Shown here piece by piece: positions 57,988 to 64,000 of a stretch of DNA of 64,000 nt. The notes beneath the pieces were generated by a model. The model was not told the origin of the DNA and searched no databases. It was given only the letters and a program-made list of their open reading frames with translations. The first letter of the stretch is position 1, and each line of letters opens with the position of its first letter. A program made the position numbers and the translations under genes. This DNA comes from an uncultured Gemmatimonadales bacterium. Its GTDB lineage: Bacteria > Gemmatimonadota > Gemmatimonadetes > Longimicrobiales > Longimicrobiaceae. The DNA is taken from positions 6,240,001 through 6,304,000 of the forward strand of contig OY970303.1 of the NCBI GenBank assembly GCA_963716255.1, read 5' to 3'.

Positions 57988-60900
57988 CGCCCCGCACCGG
58001 GCGCAGGTTGTCGGCGCGCGCGGCATCCACCCGCAGCACCCGCGGGTCCACGGCGACGTGCCCCGCCGCGCCCGGCACCACCAGGCGCAGCTCGGTCGTG
58101 CCGCCGCGGAAGCGGTGCCTCCCCGCGTACAGCGGCGCCTGCTCCGCGCCGGCCGGGCCCGCGGCGTACACGGCCACCTCCAGCACCTCGTCCATCGCCA
58201 GCGGCACGTCCGCCCCGCCGCGGCGCTCGCTTTTTGCTGCGCGGACACGGGCGACGACCAGGGTGCGCCCGCCGGGGAGCGGGCGGCCCGAGGCGGACTC
58301 CACCGCCAGGTCGTACACCACCACCCGCCGCACCCACTGGTCGACGAGCGCGCGCGCCTCCGGCGCGGCCGCGGCTTCCAGCGCGGCGGCCAGCTCCGCG
58401 GCGGTGGGCGCGGGGGCGGGGTGGGCGTGCTCCCGCACGAAGCCGCGGAGCGTCCCGTCCAGCGTCTCCTGCCCCAGGAGGTCGCGCAGCCCGGCCATCA
58501 CCACCGCGCCCTTGCCGTAGTACAGGTAGGGCTGGCCGGTGGCCTTCCAGAGCGGGCGCTCTGGCTCCGGGTCCTCGGCCCGGCCGCGGAGGTAGCGCTC
58601 CAGGTCGTACTCGAGCATGCGGGTCACCTGCCGCTCGCCGCGAAGCTCGCGCAGCACCACCTGCTCGGCGTACTTGGCGAGCGATTCCACGATCATCGTC
58701 GCCCCCGGCCCGTCGCCCGGGTTGACCTGGTGGGGCCACCACTGGTGCCCCACCTCGTGCGCCACGCGGCGGGTGACCAGGTCCAGCGAGGTGGAGTCGC
58801 GCGCGTCGGTGAGGAAACCGCGGTTCTCGGAGTACAGCACCATCCCCGGGAGCGCGAACGCCCCGAAGCCCCAGTAGGGCGGCACCTCCACGATGCGCAG
58901 GGTCGCGTGGGGGTACCGCCCGAAGGCCCGGCCGAAGGCGTCCAGCGACGCCGTGGCCGCGCGCAGCATGCGGTCCACGTTGCGGGCGTGCCCCGGGTGG
59001 AAGTACACCTCCACCGCTACGCCCCCGTGCACGGCGCGGCGGGTCGCGTACCGCGCCGACACGAAGCCGAGCTGCGCCAGCGCCGGCCGGTCCAGGACAT
59101 AGCGGAAATGGCGCCGCCCGCCCGTCCGCCACTCCCCCCGCAGCTCGCCGGGCGCGACCGCCACCTGGTCCGCGCTGGTGGACACGGTGACCTCCGCGGT
59201 CGCCCAGCCGGCGGCCGGGTCGTCGGGCGACTCCGCGGCACCGGCTTCCTCGTCCCGCCGCGGCGGCAGCCCCTGGCGGCGGCGCTCGGCCGGGTCGCCG
59301 ATCTCCTGGCTCGCGCGGTAGCCGACGTGGGGAAAGGCCTGCCCCTGCGACACGAACGACCCGTTGTCCACCACCGACAGGTCGAACCCCGAGGCGCGGA
59401 TCCCCCGCTGCGCCACGGAGGCGCGGTACGAGAGCTCCGCCCGCGCCCCCGGCGCCAGCGGGCGGCGCATGCGGAACCCGTGCATGCCGTGGCGCGCGTC
59501 CCGCACCACGGCGTCCGCCCCGGCCAGCGACACCCGCACGCTGTCCAGGTCGCGGCGCACCCCCACCCACACCGTGTCCACGGGGCGGCCGGTGCGGTTT
59601 TCCAGCACCAGCGTGCCGGCCACGCGCAGGCGCCGCTCCGCCGGGAACAGCTCCACCTCCGCCCGCACCGCCGCCACGCCGGGCTGCGGCACGGCGGCGA
59701 GGCGGCGGTACGTCCGCTCGTACCCCGCCCGCCACGCCAGCGCCTGCTCGTGCGTCTCGCGGCGGTTCAGCACGTCGGTCCGGCGAAAAGTCCACGCGCC
59801 GCTGCCCGCGAAGAGCAGGAGGCACGCCGCCGCGCCCGCCGTTCCGCGCCGCCCCAGCCGCCGCGGCGCCGCCGCCAGCCGCGCCCGCAGCGAGGGCGGG
59901 GTGCCGCGCCGCCACAGCCCGGCCGCGGCGAAGGCCGTCACCCCCGCGAAGGCGGTCCAGTACAGCAGGAACGCACGGAGCGACGCCTCCACCTGCCCGC
60001 CGCCCCCCATGTCGGAGTGCGGCACCCGCGGCCCGCTCCCGAAGCGCAGCAGGGGGTGCTCCAGCCCCAGGGCGTCGCCGCGCAGCGCCACGGCCGCGAC
60101 CACCAGCGAGATCCCCATCCCCACGTAGCGGTTGGGGGCGAGCGCCTGCGCCAGCAGGGCGGCCGCCGCGAAGAGCGCCAGAGGCAGGCCGCCCGAGACG
60201 GCGAAGCGCAGGTGAAGCCCGGGGTCCCCGGGCGGGTAGCCGCGCGCCAGCTGGAAGGCCACGGCGACCGCCAGCGTCGCCGCGGTCGCCACGGCGGCGG
60301 TGAGGACCAGGGCGGCCAGGCGCGACAGGTAGAACACGGCGCTGCCCGTGGGCGTGGCGTCCACGATCTCCGCCAGGCGCACCGACCGGTCGCGCCACGC
60401 CAGCTCAGCGGCGAAGTACACCAGGACCACCGTGCCCAGCTCGGCGAGGAGAGGGCGCGCGACGTCCAGCAGGATCCCGGTGGTGGGGAGGAGGCGGCTG
60501 CCGTACTCCGCCGCCTCGGAGCCGGCCATGTTGGCCCACGCCGCCGCCACCCACAGGACCATGAGCGCCAGGAAGGGCCGGCTGCGCAGCACGTAGCCCA
60601 GCTGCACCCGCGTGGCGGAAACCAGCGCGCGCCGCTGCGCTCCCGGGCCGCCCGCGGGCACGGGCCGGTACGCCGGGACCGCGGCGGGCGCCCGCGCCTC
60701 CGCGGCGGGGCGGGCGCGCCCCCCCGCGGTGGGCACGCGCAGGGCGAAGCGGCGGTGCACCCCCGCCAGCACCAGGGCGGAGACCGCCAGCCACAGCACG
60801 CGGTTCAGCAGGAAGCTCCCCGAGAGCGCAAGGTGCCGCGTGTTGCGCACCGCGGGCGTCCAGTGGCGCGTCTGCTCCGCGAACGCCGCCAGCCCGAAGG

Positions 60901-61543
60901 GGTCCAGCAGCGACGCGCGCGCCATGGCCGCCGCGGAGGCTGGCTCCGCCCCCGCCAGCAGCGGCGAATCGGTGAGCACGGCGCACAGGAAGTAGAGCGC
61001 GTACACGAACACCCCGGCCACGTAGCCGGCGAGCGCGCTTCGCGACAGCGCCGCCACGGCGAAGAGCACGGTCCCGGCGAACACCAGGTTGGGAAATCCC
61101 ACCACCCCCAGCGCCCACAGGTAGGCGGCCACGTCCGCGCGCCCCAGCCGCTCGGGCTCCACCGCCACCAGCAGCGGCGCCAGGAGCATCCCCAGCGTGG
61201 CCATGGACAGGACCGCGGCGGCGAGGAGCAGCGCCCCGGCGAAGCGGCCCAGCAGGTAGCGCGTCTTGCCCACGGAGGTGCCGAAGACGATCTCGGCCAT
61301 GCGGTGCTCGGCGTCGCGCTGCGCGGCGCCGGTGCAGAACAGGGTGAGGACGAAGATGCAGGGGAGCGAGAGCAGCCCCGTGGCGAGCACGGCGGCGTAG
61401 GGCGAGTTGACGTTGACCGAGTCGGGCCCGTACCCCGTCGCCACCAGCGCGAAGCCCACGAGGAAGAAGGCCGCCGCCGCGGCGGCGAAGGAAAGCTGGC
61501 GCGTCCCGTAGCGCCACTCGAAGCCGATGATCCCGGCGAGCAT
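57920..61543 (-). CDS. ABC-2 permease / M1-type aminopeptidase fusion
   Basis: TM-rich N-terminus, HEVGH-x19-E, YYGKG. Confidence 0.88.
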   Translation of the reverse strand: MLAGIIGFEWRYGTRQLSFAAAAAAFFLVGFALVATGYGPDSVNVNSPYAAVLATGLLSLPCIFVLTLFCTGAAQRDAEHRMAEIVFGTSVGKTRYLLGRFAGALLLAAAVLSMATLGMLLAPLLVAVEPERLGRADVAAYLWALGVVGFPNLVFAGTVLFAVAALSRSALAGYVAGVFVYALYFLCAVLTDSPLLAGAEPASAAAMARASLLDPFGLAAFAEQTRHWTPAVRNTRHLALSGSFLLNRVLWLAVSALVLAGVHRRFALRVPTAGGRARPAAEARAPAAVPAYRPVPAGGPGAQRRALVSATRVQLGYVLRSRPFLALMVLWVAAAWANMAGSEAAEYGSRLLPTTGILLDVARPLLAELGTVVLVYFAAELAWRDRSVRLAEIVDATPTGSAVFYLSRLAALVLTAAVATAATLAVAVAFQLARGYPPGDPGLHLRFAVSGGLPLALFAAAALLAQALAPNRYVGMGISLVVAAVALRGDALGLEHPLLRFGSGPRVPHSDMGGGGQVEASLRAFLLYWTAFAGVTAFAAAGLWRRGTPPSLRARLAAAPRRLGRRGTAGAAACLLLFAGSGAWTFRRTDVLNRRETHEQALAWRAGYERTYRRLAAVPQPGVAAVRAEVELFPAERRLRVAGTLVLENRTGRPVDTVWVGVRRDLDSVRVSLAGADAVVRDARHGMHGFRMRRPLAPGARAELSYRASVAQRGIRASGFDLSVVDNGSFVSQGQAFPHVGYRASQEIGDPAERRRQGLPPRRDEEAGAAESPDDPAAGWATAEVTVSTSADQVAVAPGELRGEWRTGGRRHFRYVLDRPALAQLGFVSARYATRRAVHGGVAVEVYFHPGHARNVDRMLRAATASLDAFGRAFGRYPHATLRIVEVPPYWGFGAFALPGMVLYSENRGFLTDARDSTSLDLVTRRVAHEVGHQWWPHQVNPGDGPGATMIVESLAKYAEQVVLRELRGERQVTRMLEYDLERYLRGRAEDPEPERPLWKATGQPYLYYGKGAVVMAGLRDLLGQETLDGTLRGFVREHAHPAPAPTAAELAAALEAAAAPEARALVDQWVRRVVVYDLAVESASGRPLPGGRTLVVARVRAAKSERRGGADVPLAMDEVLEVAVYAAGPAGAEQAPLYAGRHRFRGGTTELRLVVPGAAGHVAVDPRVLRVDAARADNLRPVRGVTAAPGTPTDGGSRTPPPRPAR

Positions 61544-61548
61544 CCCCG

Positions 61549-62424
61549 TCACCCCGCGCGCCGGTGCGGGAGCACCGAGAAGTACACGTCCTCCAGGTCC
61601 GGCTCCACCGGCTCGAAGCCGGCGTCGGGGCGCTCGTCCGCCAGCACGTGCACCCGCGTCCGCCCCTCGAAGAGCTGCGTGGAGAGCACGTCCAGCGATT
61701 CGCGGTACGCCGCGGCGGCGTGCTTGTCCACCGTCCGGCTCCACACCCGCCCCGCCAGCTCGGCGACCAGCCGCCGCGGCTCGCCCTCGCGCAGCACCCG
61801 CCCGCCGGCCAGGATGGCCATGCGCGGGCAGAGCTGCCGCACGTCCTCCACGATGTGGGTGGACAGGATCACCACCACCTGCTCGCCCACCTCCGCCAGC
61901 AGGTTGTGGAAGCGGTTGCGCTCCTCGGGGTCCAGCCCGGCGGTGGGCTCGTCCACGATCACCAGCCGCGGGTCGCCCAGCAGCGCCTGCGCGATCCCGA
62001 AGCGCTGGCGCATCCCCCCGCTGAAGCCGCTCACCGCCTTGCGCCGGTGCTCCCACAGGTTGGTCCGGTGCAGCAGGGCGTCCACCTGCTCGCGCCGGGC
62101 GCGCCGCCCCGCGACGCCCTTGAGGAGCGCCAGGTGCTCCAGCAGGTCGGCCGCGGAGACGCCGGGGTACACGCCGAAGTCCTGGGGGAGGTAGCCCAGG
62201 TGCCTGCGGTGCGCCTCGGGGTCGCGCAGCACGTCCACCCCGCCGAACCGGATGCTCCCCGTGTCCGGCTCCTGGAGCGTGGCGAGCGTGCGCATCAGCG
62301 TGCTCTTGCCGGCGCCGTTGGGGCCCAGCAGCCCGAACAGCCCCCGGCCGATGGACAGGTCCACGCCGCGCAGGGCGTGCACGCCGTTCGGATAGGTCTT
62401 GGAAAGGTCGGTGACGGTCAGCAT
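61549..62424 (-). CDS. ABC transporter ATP-binding protein
   Basis: GPNGAGKS, FSGGMRQR, IVDEP. Confidence 0.95.
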   Translation of the reverse strand: MLTVTDLSKTYPNGVHALRGVDLSIGRGLFGLLGPNGAGKSTLMRTLATLQEPDTGSIRFGGVDVLRDPEAHRRHLGYLPQDFGVYPGVSAADLLEHLALLKGVAGRRARREQVDALLHRTNLWEHRRKAVSGFSGGMRQRFGIAQALLGDPRLVIVDEPTAGLDPEERNRFHNLLAEVGEQVVVILSTHIVEDVRQLCPRMAILAGGRVLREGEPRRLVAELAGRVWSRTVDKHAAAAYRESLDVLSTQLFEGRTRVHVLADERPDAGFEPVEPDLEDVYFSVLPHRRAG

Positions 62425-62578
62425 GGGGACCCGCGGTCGTGTCGTGTGGGGGCGTGGCCGCCGCGGGCGGGGGACGGATCGCGGCGGGGGAGCGGGTCAC
62501 GGCGAATTGGAAACGGATGGCTCCCCGGCCGCCGTACGGGCGCCGGCGCGGCGCGGTTTCAGCGCGCCGGGCCGTTCC

Positions 62579-62692
62579 GCCGAGCTCCAGGGCGGAGAGG
62601 TGCGCTGCGCGCCGCGCCCGGGCGGCGGGAGCGTGTTCACCCTGCTCCTTCCGGCCGCGGCGGCCGGGGAGCTGGAGCGGATGTCTTTGTGA
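62579..62692 (+). pseudogene. C-terminal remnant of a histidine kinase (possibly KdpD)
   Basis: AELQGGEVRCAPRPGGGSVFTLLLP matches the end of an HATPase_c domain. Confidence 0.6.
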
Positions 62693-62735
62693 GATCTTGA
62701 CGCGCCCGCCGCGCTTCTTTGTGCGTCCTTCACGC
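62684..62735 (+). promoter_or_regulatory. tandem 20-bp direct repeats, possible KdpE-type boxes
   Basis: TCTTTGTGAGATCTTGACGC (62684) and TCTTTGTGCGTCCTTCACGC (62716). Confidence 0.5.
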
Positions 62736-62817
62736 CGCCCGCGCCATCGTTGGTGCGCGGGCGGCGTGACCGTTTCCGGCACGCTCCCGCGGACTGAACC
62801 CTTTTCGCGAGGAGCCG

Positions 62818-64000
62818 ATGCTTGCCAGGCTGAAGCGGGCGGTCCTGGGCGGGCCGCGCGACGTCCAGGACCCGGGTACGTTCCACGCCATCTCCCTGGT
62901 CGCCCTCCTCGCCTGGGTGGGGCTGGGGGCGGACGGGCTCTCGTCGTCGGCCTACGGCCCCGACGAGGCGTTCCGCGCGCTGGGGGAGCACACCTACCTG
63001 GCCGTCGCGCTGGCGGGGGCGACCGCGGTGACCGTGCTGGTGATCTCGGTGGCCTACTCGCAGATCATCCGCCGCTTCCCCTTCGGCGGCGGCGGGTACG
63101 TGGTGGCGACCCAGCTCCTGGGGCCGCGCTGGGGGGTGGTCTCCGGCTCGGCGCTGCTGATCGACTACGTGCTCACCATCTCGGTGTCCATCGCCGGCGG
63201 GCTGGCCATGCACGCGGGCGACGTCCCGCGGCTGGCGGGCGAGGTGCGGAGCGGCTTCCGGGGAGGGGTGGAGGCGCTGGGCGCCGCGGGGCTGTTCGCG
63301 GTGTTCGTGCGCGCCTACTCCATGGGCGCGGGGACGTACACCGGGATCGAAGCAGTGTCCAACGGCCTGCAGATCATGCGCGAGCCGCGGGTGCGGACCG
63401 GCCGCAGGACGATGACGCTGATGGCGGTGTCGCTGGCGCTGACGGCGGGCGGGATCCTGCTGCTGTAGCTGCTCTTCGGCGCGCGAACGGTGGAGGGGAA
63501 GACGATGAACGCCGTGCTCCTGGACGCCTTCGCGGGCGGGTGGACGGTGGGCGGGGTGCGGGTGGGGTACGGCTTCGTGGTGCTCACCCTCGCGGCGGAG
63601 GCGGCGCTGCTGTTCGTGGCGGCGCAGGCCGGCTTCATCGACGGGCCGCGGGTGATGTCCAGCATGGCGGGGGATTCCTGGCTCCCGCACCGCTTCGCGC
63701 AGCTTTCCAGCCGCCTCACGATCGGCGACGGCGTGCTGCTGATGGGCGGCGCCGCCGTCGCCACGCTCGTCTACACCCGCGGCAGCCTGACCGCGCTGGT
63801 GACGATGTACTCCATCAACGTGTTCGTCACCTTTTCCCTCTCGCAGCTCGGGATGGTGCGCTTCTGGATCAGCCACCGGGAGCCGGGCCGCGGCCGGGGC
63901 CTCGCGATCCACGGGGTGGCGCTCGTCCTCTGCCTGGGGATCCTGCTGGGGTGGTCTACGAGAAGTTCGCCCTGGGCGGGTGGCTGACCCTCGCCGTGAC
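62818..64000 (+). pseudogene. disrupted APC-superfamily (KimA-like) transporter
   Basis: GADGLSSSAYGPDE, DYVLT, TGIEAVSNG; in-frame TAG at 63466-63468, apparent internal deletion and a frameshift near 63950. Confidence 0.8.

Noticed and set aside
28575..62194. Very long antisense or alternate-frame ORFs (28575..31400, 33571..37383, 54191..56989, 58058..62194)
   Set aside because: Shadow ORFs expected in high-GC coding DNA; they overlap well-supported genes and carry no motifs.

Overview
GC-rich bacterial DNA; gene families suggest a Gemmatimonadota/Longimicrobium-like host (inference). The window has two parts. Positions 1-27231 look like cargo of a Tn7-like transposon. A Tn7-type end (minus strand TGTAGGCGAACAATAAAGTC plus spaced TnsB-like repeats) closes at 27231, and the sequence becomes visibly more GC-rich to its right. 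tnsABC and the other end were not found and presumably lie left of the window. The cargo includes: a TPR protein / small exported peptide / AraC cassette that may be a peptide-signalling system; two paralogous XRE-like HTH genes; two large nuclease-STAND (Avs-like) proteins; a RES protein; two HEPN-like proteins; a degenerate attC; an intact IS1380-family element; and a Cas4/AddB-like Fe-S nuclease translationally coupled to a full-length tnsD behind a structured leader. Positions 27232-64000 look like host chromosome: transporters, an amidinotransferase, a sirtuin, UbiD, persulfide genes, an ECF42-type sigma cluster with four matching promoters, BTAD and LuxR regulators, three copies of a structured repeat with a fully covarying stem, and several decayed genes including a probable kdpD remnant and K+ transporter. 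All calls come from motif reading only; no database searches were run.
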